From positions 19,212 to 83,211 of the forward strand of contig JACQXN010000022.1 in assembly GCA_016208745.1 (NCBI GenBank): a DNA stretch of 64,000 nt, given 5' to 3'. A program made the position numbers and the translations under genes. Below the pieces are notes generated by a model that searched no databases, was not told where the DNA came from, and saw only the letters and a list, made by a program, of their open reading frames with translations. The stretch is from Candidatus Portnoybacteria bacterium (GTDB lineage Bacteria > Patescibacteriota > Minisyncoccia > Portnoybacterales > GWB1-42-6). This document shows, piece after piece, positions 27,197 to 37,194 of the stretch. Position 1 is the first letter of the stretch, and every line of letters begins with the position of its first letter.

Positions 27197-27690
27197 TTGT
27201 ACTTGGCATTGACCCTGGAACAGCTTCTATGGGGTATGGGATTATTGACGTAAAGAAAAGTGAATTAAAGCTAGTGTCTTTTGGCTGTATCAATACTACC
27301 AAAGATACTCCCACTCCAGACCGCCTAAAAATTCTTTATAAAAAAATAAGCGAGTTAATTAAAAAGTGTCGTCCGGATATTTTATCAATAGAGCAAATTT
27401 TCTTTTTTAAAAACTCAAAGACCGTAATTTCTGTAGCCCAAGCCCGAGGCATTGCTATTTTGGCGGCAGCTAATTCCGGCCTGCCGGTTCAGGAATATAC
27501 TCCGCTTCAGGTTAAACAAGCGGTTGTGGGTTATGGTTTGGCGCAAAAACAACAAGTCCAAAAAATGGTTAAAACTATTTTAAAATTAAAGGAGATTCCC
27601 CAGCCAGACGATGCAGCTGATGCCCTAGCAATTGCTATATGCGCTGGCCATTGCCCGGCCGCTATTGACAGCTTAAAGATAAAAAAATAG
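27193..27690 (+). CDS. ruvC: Holliday junction resolvase RuvC
   Basis: LGIDPG, E.FF.KN, QARG, YTPLQVK, PDDAADALA. Confidence 0.95.
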   Translation: MIVLGIDPGTASMGYGIIDVKKSELKLVSFGCINTTKDTPTPDRLKILYKKISELIKKCRPDILSIEQIFFFKNSKTVISVAQARGIAILAAANSGLPVQEYTPLQVKQAVVGYGLAQKQQVQKMVKTILKLKEIPQPDDAADALAIAICAGHCPAAIDSLKIKK

Positions 27691-27693
27691 AAT
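27665..27693 (+). promoter_or_regulatory. sigma70-type promoter
   Basis: TTGACA-17-TAGAAT. Confidence 0.7.
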
Positions 27694-27764
27694 GATAGCA
27701 CAAATCTAATTATTGATTAAAGGTCGAGAAAAACAAATAATAAATACTTGCTAAAAAACAATAC

Positions 27765-27911
27765 ATGAGCGAAGATTTAATTTTAAATCAGATGGATGAA
27801 GAGACCGAAGAGACTCCTGATGAAATCGAAGAAGGGGACACGACAACAGAGGCTCCCAAAGAAGACGAGGAAGGCGGATCCGATGAAGGAATTGAGAGCG
27901 ACGAAGCGTAA
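27765..27911 (+). CDS. 48-aa highly acidic small protein
   Basis: MSEDLILNQMDEETEETPDEIEEGDTTTEAPKEDEEGGSDEGIESDEA; own promoter and terminator. Confidence 0.65.
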   Translation: MSEDLILNQMDEETEETPDEIEEGDTTTEAPKEDEEGGSDEGIESDEA

Positions 27912-27935
27912 AAACATTTTTTGATTACTCATCTT

Positions 27936-27966
27936 AAAAAGCGCCTCTTTTAAAGAAGCGCTTTTT
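27936..27966. terminator. Bidirectional intrinsic terminator
   Basis: aaaaagcgc...gcgcttttt. Confidence 0.7.
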
Positions 27967-27992
27967 AAGTTTAGCTATATTGAGTTATCGTC

Positions 27993-29204
27993 TCATCTTA
28001 ATTTAATAAACTTTCTTTTACCAGCCTTAATCACCAAGCCTTTTTTTATTTTAATGGTCTCCTTCCAATCTTTTTTTATTTCATCATCAATTTCAATTGC
28101 TCCCTGCAAAACCAATCTTTTTGCCTCGGATTTTGAAGGAATGAGCTCGGTTTTTATTAATAGATCTAGAATATTTAATTCTTCTTCAGAAACTTTTATT
28201 TCTGGAATTTCCAAAGGCCTAGCTCCCTCTTTGAAAACAAGACTAAATTCTTTTTCTGCCTGAACTGCCGCTTCCTCGCCGTGATAAAAGGATGTTATTT
28301 TTTTGGCTAGTCTAGCCTTCGGATCCCGCGGATTTATTCTCTCTTCTTTCAACTCGCAAGAGATATTTTCGATTTCAGCTAACGGCGTATCGGTTAAAAG
28401 CTCAAAGGCCGGGATAATTTGCCCATCTGGCCAGCTCATTATTTTACCGAACATGTCTTTGGCGCTATCTTCCATTGAGACCATATTGCCTTCGGTTTTT
28501 CCCATTTTTTTGCCGCTGGGATCGGTTAGAAGCTTGGTTGTTAAAACAAATTTCTCTTTGTTTTTGACTGACTTCATTAAATCGCGGCCAACCAGCATAT
28601 TAAAAGTCTGGTCTGCGCCGCCAACCTCCAAATCAACGTCCATGGCTAAAGAATCATAACCTTGGGCGATTGGATATAAAAATTCATGCAGATAAATTGG
28701 CTCGTTGCGCTTTATCCTTTCCTGAAACATATCACGCACAATCATTTGGCCAACCGTGAAATTAGAAGCAATCTCAATTAAATCAAGAAATGTTAATTTG
28801 TCGCTCCACTCTGAATTATATTTTATTTGGGCCGGATTTTCACCGGAAAAATCTAAAAAATTTCCGGCTAGCTTCTTATAATTCTCTGAATTTCTAATAA
28901 CTTCGTCGCGGCTTAATTTTTTTCTCGCCGCTGTTTTATCTGTGGGGTCGCCGATCATGCCGGTAAAATCGCCTGTTAGCATGATTACCTCGTGACCTAA
29001 TTTCTGGAATTGGCTTAACTTGCGCAGGGTAATGGAGTGGCCAAAATGAAGGGTTGGCGAAGAAGGATCGTAGCCGCAATAAAGTCGGATTTTTTTGCCC
29101 GATTCCAAAACCTCCTTTAGTGCCTCGGCTGAAGGATAGACTTTCTCGACTCCGCGGGTTAAAGCCTCTTTAATTTTTTCTTGCACATCCGCCACTTGTT
29201 TCAT
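27993..29204 (-). CDS. tyrS: Tyrosine--tRNA ligase
   Basis: GYDPS..LHFGH, IGDPT, YP..QGYD, GG.DQ.FN, KMGKT, S4 domain. Confidence 0.96.
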   Translation of the reverse strand: MKQVADVQEKIKEALTRGVEKVYPSAEALKEVLESGKKIRLYCGYDPSSPTLHFGHSITLRKLSQFQKLGHEVIMLTGDFTGMIGDPTDKTAARKKLSRDEVIRNSENYKKLAGNFLDFSGENPAQIKYNSEWSDKLTFLDLIEIASNFTVGQMIVRDMFQERIKRNEPIYLHEFLYPIAQGYDSLAMDVDLEVGGADQTFNMLVGRDLMKSVKNKEKFVLTTKLLTDPSGKKMGKTEGNMVSMEDSAKDMFGKIMSWPDGQIIPAFELLTDTPLAEIENISCELKEERINPRDPKARLAKKITSFYHGEEAAVQAEKEFSLVFKEGARPLEIPEIKVSEEELNILDLLIKTELIPSKSEAKRLVLQGAIEIDDEIKKDWKETIKIKKGLVIKAGKRKFIKLR

Positions 29205-30604
29205 TTTTCGTTACTTAGAATTTTTAAGTGGAGCTCTTTTAATTGCTTTTCATCAACTTCCGACGGCGCAATCATCATTAAATCGCGGCCATCGCCGGTT
29301 TTTGGGAAAGCAATAACTTCTCTGATATTTGGCTCGCCTGCCAGAATCATAACAAACCTATCAATGCCCGGCGCGATACCTCCGTGCGGGGGCACGCCGT
29401 ACGAAAAAGCTTCCAGTAAATGGCCGAATTTTTCCCTGATTTGCTCTTTTTTATGCCCCATTACCTCAAAAACTGCTTCCAAAATTTCTGGCCGATATGT
29501 TCTTAGGCTGCCGCCGCCAATCTCATAGCCATTGCACACAAAATCATATTGAAAGCCCATAATTTTTTCCGGGCATTCCTTAATCTCCTCGATATCCTCG
29601 CTCTGGGGGCGGGTAAAAGGATGATGAACCGCATCCCATCTTTTTTCTTCCTCGCGCCACTCAAACATCGGAAAATCAACAATGAAACAAAAAGCGAGCT
29701 CATTGGGATCGTTTTTATCCTTACGCAGATCCGGCTTGTCGGTCCCGTATTTTTCCATTGCCTCCTTATAAGAAATACGAGGGAATGGCGTTTGCGTAAA
29801 TTTCTTATCTGGTGAAATATTTTTAACAATATCGGCGTATAATCTTTCAATTAAATCAAGGATTTCTTCCTGGCTCATAAAGCTTGTCTCCAGGTCAAGC
29901 TGAGTGAATTCTGGTTGCCTATCCCCACGCGTGTCTTCATCCCTAAAACACCGGGCAATTTGAAAATATTTTTCAAAACCAGCCACCATTAAAAGCTGTT
30001 TGTATTGCTGGGGTGATTGCGGCAAAGCATAAAATTTACCCGGCTCCAGACGGCTTGGAACGATGTAATCCCTGGCGCCTTCGGGCGTTGATTTAGTTAA
30101 AATCGGTGTTTCAATTTCAATAAAATCTTCTTTGCCAAGCCACTGACGCATAAATTGAATGACCTTATCGCGCAAAATCAAATTGTTCTTTAATCGCTCG
30201 CGGCGCAAATCCAAATAGCGAAATTTCAATCGCTTGTCTTCGCTGATTTGAGAACCGTCGGTATTAATATCAAAAGGCGGGGTTTTGGCTTCGGATAGAA
30301 TTTCTAAATTTTCAACAGCAATCTCTATTTCGCCGGTTGCGATTTTAGGATTAATCATACCTTTAGGCCTGGCTTTAACTTCGCCCTCAACCAAAACCAC
30401 CCACTCGGGCCTTAAGCTTGTCGCTTTTTCATATAATTCTTTGTTTTCGGGCAAAAAGACCAGCTGCGTTAAGCCTTCTTTGTCCCGCAGATCAATAAAA
30501 ATAATTTTTCCGTGATCTCTCCTGACATCAACCCAGCCGGCCAATTTCACTTTTTGACCGATTCTTAATGAAACCTCTTTTGATAGAATTCTTTTTTCAA
30601 TCAT
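29201..30604 (-). CDS. aspS: Aspartate--tRNA ligase (short form lacking most of GAD domain)
   Basis: RRDHG, PEGARDY, LPQSPQ, CFRDED, EIGGGS.R, PPHGG...G.DR, FPKT. Confidence 0.95.
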   Translation of the reverse strand: MIEKRILSKEVSLRIGQKVKLAGWVDVRRDHGKIIFIDLRDKEGLTQLVFLPENKELYEKATSLRPEWVVLVEGEVKARPKGMINPKIATGEIEIAVENLEILSEAKTPPFDINTDGSQISEDKRLKFRYLDLRRERLKNNLILRDKVIQFMRQWLGKEDFIEIETPILTKSTPEGARDYIVPSRLEPGKFYALPQSPQQYKQLLMVAGFEKYFQIARCFRDEDTRGDRQPEFTQLDLETSFMSQEEILDLIERLYADIVKNISPDKKFTQTPFPRISYKEAMEKYGTDKPDLRKDKNDPNELAFCFIVDFPMFEWREEEKRWDAVHHPFTRPQSEDIEEIKECPEKIMGFQYDFVCNGYEIGGGSLRTYRPEILEAVFEVMGHKKEQIREKFGHLLEAFSYGVPPHGGIAPGIDRFVMILAGEPNIREVIAFPKTGDGRDLMMIAPSEVDEKQLKELHLKILSNEK

Positions 30605-30698
30605 AGCTTAATCCTATCTAATAAATGCCTCAAAGTCAATTAGAGCGGCAAGGTTGAAATCTGACTAGAATTCTGGCATAATTAGACAGATGACAGAC

Positions 30699-30805
30699 GG
30701 CGTAAATAAGCATATTTTTCAACGCGCCTCTATCAAGTTGGCGCTCGCGCCTATATTAACGAGCCCACAGCCAGCCCGACGTTAAAGAATATGCTTATTT
30801 ACGCC
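30699..30805. repeat. MITE-like inverted-repeat element, copy 2
   Basis: Terminal inverted repeat GGCGTAAATAAGCATATT; core TTGGCGCTCGCGCCT. Confidence 0.8.
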
Positions 30806-30827
30806 AGATAATCTTACTTCGCACAAA

Positions 30828-33464
30828 ATGAAACTTTATCGCCCATATCATAGCGCTCCCAAAAAAAGAGGTAAAATAAGGAAAATCCTGACTTTTCTGG
30901 GTTATCTGGTTGGCGCAGGCATAATTATTATTGCCGGCGTTTTTATATATTTTGTCAAAGACCTGCCCAATCCCGATAAAATTTCCGAACGCCAAATTAC
31001 CCAGTCAACTAAAATCTACGACCGAACTGGCCAAGTTTTGCTTTATGATGTTCATGGCGAAGAGAAAAGAACCGTTGTCCCGCTTGACCAAATTTCTAAA
31101 TCTTTACAGCAAGCCACAATTTCCACAGAAGACGCTAATTTTTATCATCATTTTGGATTAGATTTCAAAGGCATTGCCCGGGCTGTTTGGGGAGTAATAA
31201 CCAACAACAAAAGCGCTGGCGGCGGCTCAACTATCACCCAGCAATTCATAAAGAAATCTTTTTTTACCGATAAAAGATCTTACACCAGAAAATTCAAAGA
31301 ATGGATTTTGGCTTTGGAGCTAGAAGCAAAATATTCAAAAGACGAAATTTTAGGATTTTACTTAAACCAAATTCCTTATGGCTCAAATGCTTATGGCGCC
31401 GAAGCAGCCAGTCAAACATTTTTTAATAAATCAGCCAAAGACCTGACATTAGCTGAAAGCGCTCTTTTGGCTGCTCTGCCCCAAGCCCCAAGCTATTATT
31501 CTCCTTATGGCTCGCACCCCGAAGACCTTAAGGCCCGCCAGGAATACGTTCTGGAGCGGATGGAAAAACTAGGGCATATCAACAGAGAAGAGATGGAGGC
31601 GGCAAAGGGAGAAAAGTTAAATTTTTCAAAAAATACGCAGATTATCAAGGCGCCGCATTTTGTAATGTATATCAAAGAATATCTGGAGGCAGAATACGGA
31701 GAAGAAATGGTTGAACGAGGAGGATTAAAAGTCTATACCTCTCTTGACTGGGATTTGCAGCAAGCCGCCCAGGAGATCGTTGAAAAAGGGGCACAAGACA
31801 ATCAGGCAAAATACGGCGCCTATAATGCCGCCCTTTCTGCGGTTGACCCAAAAACAGGCCAGATTTTGGTTATGGTCGGCTCAAAAGATTACTTTGCTGA
31901 CGCCCTGCCGCAAGGCTGCGAGCCAGGAAAGACTTGCCGCTTTGAGCCAAACGTCAATGTATCTGTGCGCAATCGCCAGCCAGGCTCTTCCTTTAAACCA
32001 TTTGCTTATGCGCTGGCCTTCCAAAAAGGCTTTTTGCCAGAAACTACGCTATTTGATTTAAAAACAGAGTTTAATTCTAGCTGTCCACCAGAGGCTGTAG
32101 CCGAACAATATAATGGCCAACGCTGTTATAATCCCCAAAACTACGACGGAAGCTTCAGGGGGCCGGTTTCTATGCGTCAGGCCCTAGCCCAATCGCTTAA
32201 TATCCCGGCCGTTAAAACTCTTTATTTGGCCGGCATACCAGAAACAATTGAATATTCAAGAGCAATGGGCATCACGACTTTAAAAGACAAAGACCGCTAT
32301 GGCTTGGCTCTGGTTCTTGGCGGCGGAGAAGTAAAGCTAATTGATGAAGTGGCTGCTTATGGCGTCTTTGCGGCTGACGGAATAAAAAACGAAAAAACCG
32401 CGATTTTAAAAATAGAAAATTCAGAAGGAAAAATTCTGGAAGAATTTAAGGCCGACCCCAAAAAGGTTATGGAGCCACAAATTGCCAGATTGATTTCTGA
32501 TGTTTTGTCTGACAATGAAGCGCGAGCGCCAGTTTTTGGACAAAGCTCCCCTCTCTATATTAGCGACCGACCAACAGCCGTTAAGACCGGCACCACCCAA
32601 GAATACCGCGACGCCTGGACCGTGGGTTACACTCCGTCTTTGACAGCTGGCGTCTGGGTTGGTAATAACAACAACGCGCCGATGGCCAAAGCAGGCGCTG
32701 GCTTATACGCGGCCGCGCCCCTCTGGAATGCTTTTATAAAAAAAGCTTATGAGATAAAGGCTGATAACCAACAGCCAATTCAGAATAGTTTTACCTTACA
32801 AAAAGAGCCGGAACAATTTATTAAGCCGGAAATAAAAACCACTGACAAGCCGGTTTTAAATGGCCAAATATTTTCTGAAGCAAAAGTAAAAATAGATAAA
32901 ATTTCTGGCAAGCTGGCCACTGACCTAACTCCCCCGGACTTGATTCAAGAAGTGCTCTTTAAAGAAATTCACACCATCTTATATTATCTTGATAAGGACG
33001 ATCCTTTGGGCGAGGCGCCAAAAAATCCTTCAGGCGACCAGCAGTTTTCTAACTGGGAATGGGCAGTGCAAAACTGGGCCAAGACCTCTGGTTGGGTCCC
33101 GCAGCTGCCGCCAAGCAGCCAAGACGATGTTCACAAGCCAGAGAACCAACCAACCATCCAGATTGTTTCTCCAAATTCTGGCCAGGCCATCACCCAAAAA
33201 TCAATTACTATTTCTGTCCAAGCCCAGGCAAAACTTGGCATTAAACAAATAGATTTCTTTTTTGATAACCAGCTTATCGGAACCGATACAAAAGAACCCT
33301 ATAGCATCACCTATAATCTCCCCCGCCGATTAAGCGGCGCCGCACATACAATTAAAGTCCGCGCCTATGACCAAGCCTATAATCGCCAAGAAACCGAAAT
33401 TCAAGTTTTTACCTACAACATACCAGGAATAATTATTGAGCCGGAAGAAACGCTAACTGACTAA
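30828..33464 (+). CDS. Class A penicillin-binding protein (PBP1A family) with C-terminal Ig-like domain
   Basis: ED.NFY.H.G, GGSTITQQ, RK..E, YLN; S.FK, SLN, KTGT. Confidence 0.93.
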   Translation: MKLYRPYHSAPKKRGKIRKILTFLGYLVGAGIIIIAGVFIYFVKDLPNPDKISERQITQSTKIYDRTGQVLLYDVHGEEKRTVVPLDQISKSLQQATISTEDANFYHHFGLDFKGIARAVWGVITNNKSAGGGSTITQQFIKKSFFTDKRSYTRKFKEWILALELEAKYSKDEILGFYLNQIPYGSNAYGAEAASQTFFNKSAKDLTLAESALLAALPQAPSYYSPYGSHPEDLKARQEYVLERMEKLGHINREEMEAAKGEKLNFSKNTQIIKAPHFVMYIKEYLEAEYGEEMVERGGLKVYTSLDWDLQQAAQEIVEKGAQDNQAKYGAYNAALSAVDPKTGQILVMVGSKDYFADALPQGCEPGKTCRFEPNVNVSVRNRQPGSSFKPFAYALAFQKGFLPETTLFDLKTEFNSSCPPEAVAEQYNGQRCYNPQNYDGSFRGPVSMRQALAQSLNIPAVKTLYLAGIPETIEYSRAMGITTLKDKDRYGLALVLGGGEVKLIDEVAAYGVFAADGIKNEKTAILKIENSEGKILEEFKADPKKVMEPQIARLISDVLSDNEARAPVFGQSSPLYISDRPTAVKTGTTQEYRDAWTVGYTPSLTAGVWVGNNNNAPMAKAGAGLYAAAPLWNAFIKKAYEIKADNQQPIQNSFTLQKEPEQFIKPEIKTTDKPVLNGQIFSEAKVKIDKISGKLATDLTPPDLIQEVLFKEIHTILYYLDKDDPLGEAPKNPSGDQQFSNWEWAVQNWAKTSGWVPQLPPSSQDDVHKPENQPTIQIVSPNSGQAITQKSITISVQAQAKLGIKQIDFFFDNQLIGTDTKEPYSITYNLPRRLSGAAHTIKVRAYDQAYNRQETEIQVFTYNIPGIIIEPEETLTD

Positions 33465-33492
33465 AATGTAATCTCTTAAAAATTATCTACAA

Positions 33493-33524
33493 AAAACAGC
33501 CCCATCTATGGGGACTGTTTTTTT
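33493..33524. terminator. Bidirectional intrinsic terminator
   Basis: aaaaacagcccc...ggggactgtttttt. Confidence 0.65.
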
Positions 33525-33543
33525 AATTGCGGCTCCTACCGCT

Positions 33544-33837
33544 TTAACTAATGAATCTCATTTTTTCTATTAACTCCTTACCAAATAATTGATTAAGGTG
33601 TTGAATAATTCTTATTTGTTTTAATTGAAGATCAGAGGCCCAAATAGAGTTTAGGCAGTCAACGATTAAAACCTTATCCTTGAAAGAAACCGGTTTGGTT
33701 TTATTTCTATAAACTTCTCCGAAAAGTTCTACTAAAATTTTATCCCAACCCAAAGCAAGCTGGTTAAATTCTAAAACCGGGCCGAGGTTTAGTTTGTTTA
33801 TCGTAAAGGGGAGAATTTTTTTTAGCGTGACCCACAT
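33544..33837 (-). CDS. DciA/DUF721 family helicase-loader protein
   Basis: W..I......T.P.SF....L.V...NS.WA..L pattern; downstream of dnaN. Confidence 0.75.
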   Translation of the reverse strand: MWVTLKKILPFTINKLNLGPVLEFNQLALGWDKILVELFGEVYRNKTKPVSFKDKVLIVDCLNSIWASDLQLKQIRIIQHLNQLFGKELIEKMRFIS

Positions 33838-33842
33838 TATAG

Positions 33843-34946
33843 TTAGGTTTTAATTGGCATTATTACATACAGAAATCCATCTTCGCCAGAGGGCCTAATA
33901 ACAGATGGACTGGTTTCTGAATTTAATCCCAAGGAAACATTTTTTGTTGAGATATTGCTTAAGCCATCCAAAAAATAACGAAAGTTAAAGATAACTTCCA
34001 TTGGTTTACCTTTGACATCAGCTGGGATTTGGGATTTATTTTCACCCAAATCAGCATCTTGAGACAAAATATCAATCTTACCAGAATAAATAGACAGCTT
34101 AACGTCATTTATTTTACTGCTAAAAATACTGGCGATTTTAATATTATTAACAAACTCATCCTTAAGAAGGGTTGCCTGAGTTTCAAAGCTTTTGGGGATA
34201 ATTTGTTGATAATCAGGGTATTGGCCGTCAATAATCCTTGAAATCAATTGCACCTCATTAGTCTCAAATAAAACTTGGCTATCGCCCAAAATAAACCTAA
34301 CTTCATTATCTGGCTTTTCGGTTAATATCCTAATTAGTTCCTGAATGGTGCGCTGGGGAATAATTAAAGAGATTGGTTTTGTAATTAAATTATTTGTCTG
34401 ATAGATAGTTTTTTCGGCTAGTCTAAAGCTGTCGGTTGCCACAAATTTAATTGCTTCTTTGTCTATTTTAAAAAGGATTCCTGAAATTTCAGGCCTTGAT
34501 TCAGAAAGAGCAGCCGAACCAACAACTTGAGATAAATTATTTTTTAATATCTCGCCTTTTTTAAAAATTATAATCGGCTTTTCTTTTATTTTAGGAATTA
34601 AAGGAAAATCATCAGACGGCAGACCCTTGATGCTAGCTTTGTAATTTTCACACCTAACAAAAAGGGTGTTATCTTTTACCTCTAGTTCAATTTTTTTATT
34701 TGGTAAACTATTAATAAAACTGCTTAATATTTTAGCTGGACAAGTAATTGAACCTTGTTTTTCTATTTTTCCTGAAGTCCAAGTGTTAATACCAATTTCA
34801 AGATTAGTTGAAGAAATTTTTAATCGGCCACCCTCGGTTTCAAGTAATAAATTATTTAAAATCGGCAAAGTTAAATTACGGCCAACAATATTTTGGGTAA
34901 TATTTAAATTGGTTTTTAGATTTTCCTGAAGACAGATAATTTTCAT
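33843..34946 (-). CDS. dnaN: DNA polymerase III beta clamp
   Basis: LPILNN.LL, ATDSFRLA, G.YPDY.QIIP, YVIMP. Confidence 0.96.
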   Translation of the reverse strand: MKIICLQENLKTNLNITQNIVGRNLTLPILNNLLLETEGGRLKISSTNLEIGINTWTSGKIEKQGSITCPAKILSSFINSLPNKKIELEVKDNTLFVRCENYKASIKGLPSDDFPLIPKIKEKPIIIFKKGEILKNNLSQVVGSAALSESRPEISGILFKIDKEAIKFVATDSFRLAEKTIYQTNNLITKPISLIIPQRTIQELIRILTEKPDNEVRFILGDSQVLFETNEVQLISRIIDGQYPDYQQIIPKSFETQATLLKDEFVNNIKIASIFSSKINDVKLSIYSGKIDILSQDADLGENKSQIPADVKGKPMEVIFNFRYFLDGLSNISTKNVSLGLNSETSPSVIRPSGEDGFLYVIMPIKT

Positions 34947-35152
34947 TAATTTAATTTTTAATTTATTTTAATGTTATATTTATTAAGTAATTACTTATTT
35001 GTGGAAAAGTTTGTTTTGTTGAAGACTGTATTAAATTTTTTATTTAATATATTGTTGATAATATATTAAAATTTAAGGGGATTATTATTATTTGTAATTA
35101 TTTTTTATAAAATAATTATTTTATAAAGTATTTATCCACCAGATATTAATTA
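34947..35152. other. Probable oriC (DnaA boxes + AT-rich unwinding region)
   Basis: Extremely AT-rich dnaA-dnaN spacer with TGTGGAAAA (35000), TGTTGATAA (35053), TTATCCACC (35132). Confidence 0.7.
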
Positions 35153-36523
35153 TTAAATACTATAAAATCTTTCTTTAATTAAATTAATTTCTTGTTGTAG
35201 GGATTCGTTTTTTTGTAGCTCTCTATTTAATTTTTCACAAGCATACATAACAGTTGTATGATCTCTGCCGCCTAACTTCTCACCAATAAAAGGAAAGGAG
35301 CTTTTTAATTCCTCCCTGATTAAAAACATAGCTACTTGTCTTGGCCAGACTAACTCTTTTTTACGACAACGATTAATTAGGTGGCTAGTGTTTATATCGT
35401 AAAATTCTGATACTGCCTGAAGAATAACTTTATAACTTATTTTTTTAGAAGGAGGTGAGGTAATGCCGGTTAGTATTTTTGAAATTTGCTCCAATGACGG
35501 CAGGGAGCCGCTTAATTTAAGGGTAATCATTACTCTATTTAATGCTCCTTCAAGCTCCCTGATATTTTTTTGAATATTGGCAGCGATATAATTTAACACC
35601 TCATCGCTTATTTGAAGATTTTTTTCGTAACACTTTGCTTTTAATATAGCGATTCTTGATTCTAAATCAGGATAGCTGATATCAGCGATCATTCCCCCTT
35701 CAAATCGTGATTTTAATCTTTCTTCAAGCGTTGAGATAGCTTTGGGCGGCCGATCAGAACTTATAATTATCTGTTTATTGTTTTGATATAAGGCGTTAAA
35801 GGTATGGAAGAATTCTTCCTGAGTTTTTTCTTTGCCGGATAAAAACTGAACATCATCAATAATTAAGACATCGATTTTTCGGTAACTATTCTTAAATTCC
35901 TCCATTTGCCCATTATAAAGGGCAGCGACTAGCTCATTGGTAAATTTTTCAGAACTTGTATAGCAGATTTTTTTCTCGTTTTTAAAGTTTTTAACTATTT
36001 CGTTGCCAATTGCTTGGATAAGATGGGTTTTGCCCAGCCCCACCCCGCCATAAATAAATAAGGGGTTATAGAGCCGGCCAAGGTTTTTAGTTATTGCTTG
36101 GGCAGCCGCTTGGGCCAATTCATTGAACGAACCGACAATAAAATTATCAAAAGTGTATTTTGGATTAAGGTGGGTCTCTTTGTTGATCTCAAGCTCTTGG
36201 AAAGACTGATTGACAATTTCGGTTTCTTTCCGTCTGGGAGGAGTTGATCGTCCAGGCGTTGCCAGTTCTGGCAAGGAAATCGCGGCAATGACAAATTCAA
36301 CCTCTTTTACTTCAGGTAAAATATTTCGCAGAGCTCTTAATATTAATTTATTGTATTTATTCTCCAGCCACTCTTTAGAAAAAGCATTAGGGACGCCGAC
36401 TGTCGCGGCGCCTTCTCTGGTTTTTATTACATCGGTGTTCCGAAACCAAGTAATAAAGTTTGTCTTGGAAATATTGAGTTCAATTTCCCCTAAGGCAGCT
36501 TGCCAAAGCTCGTGGTTGGTCAT
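35153..36523 (-). CDS. dnaA: Chromosomal replication initiator DnaA
   Basis: YTFDNF, YNPLFIYGGVGLGKTHL, DDVQF, RELEGAL, GGRDHTTV. Confidence 0.98.
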   Translation of the reverse strand: MTNHELWQAALGEIELNISKTNFITWFRNTDVIKTREGAATVGVPNAFSKEWLENKYNKLILRALRNILPEVKEVEFVIAAISLPELATPGRSTPPRRKETEIVNQSFQELEINKETHLNPKYTFDNFIVGSFNELAQAAAQAITKNLGRLYNPLFIYGGVGLGKTHLIQAIGNEIVKNFKNEKKICYTSSEKFTNELVAALYNGQMEEFKNSYRKIDVLIIDDVQFLSGKEKTQEEFFHTFNALYQNNKQIIISSDRPPKAISTLEERLKSRFEGGMIADISYPDLESRIAILKAKCYEKNLQISDEVLNYIAANIQKNIRELEGALNRVMITLKLSGSLPSLEQISKILTGITSPPSKKISYKVILQAVSEFYDINTSHLINRCRKKELVWPRQVAMFLIREELKSSFPFIGEKLGGRDHTTVMYACEKLNRELQKNESLQQEINLIKERFYSI

Positions 36524-36858
36524 AGAGATTTATCGGCTAGAAGCGATTATAATTTCTAACCTTTGTTTTTAAAAAATAAACAAATATCAGCCCCCGTCAT
36601 TTATTGGCGGGTAGAGAGCGGGCTGTATAAATCTCAGTAGTTTTACAGAAGGCGTCTGTATTTAAAGAAAGCCTTTTGTAAAACCGCTGAGGGAGCAGGC
36701 GGTTTTGTAGCGTGTCCTGCTTGGCCCGAATTTTAATGGACTTTTTAACTTTTCCAATTATATCACAAAGAAAATTATTGAGAATAACCCTGTCTATGGC
36801 CAGAAAGACACAATTTTGTTAATAAGGTGTGCAGTATTTGTGGAAATCATTTTTTAAA

Positions 36859-36887
36859 TTGACTTCGTAATTATTTAATACTATACT
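36859..36887 (+). promoter_or_regulatory. rpmH operon promoter
   Basis: TTGACT-17-TATACT. Confidence 0.65.
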
Positions 36888-37056
36888 TAATTTAATCCAA
36901 TGTCAAAATATGCCGGGTAGTGAAAATTTGGCAGATAACATTCTTCCTCCGTAAAAGTTTCAAAACCGGCAAAGGCGAACAAAAATTAAGTAGAAACGAT
37001 TTCTAAGATTAAATTTATTAACGAATTTAATCTTAGCCAAATTTCTGCTAATCGGT

Positions 37057-37191
37057 ATGAGTATAACCTATAAGCCCAAAAAAAGAAAACGCAAGAAAAC
37101 CCACGGGTTTTTGAAAAGAATGAGGAAATTCGGCGGCCGTCGGGTTTTAAAAAAAAGAAGAGCCAAGGGCCGTAAGCATTTAACGGTTTAA
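37057..37191 (+). CDS. rpmH: 50S ribosomal protein L34
   Basis: Manual translation [44 protein letters not shown]. Confidence 0.95.
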   Translation: MSITYKPKKRKRKKTHGFLKRMRKFGGRRVLKKRRAKGRKHLTV

Positions 37192-37194
37192 TCA

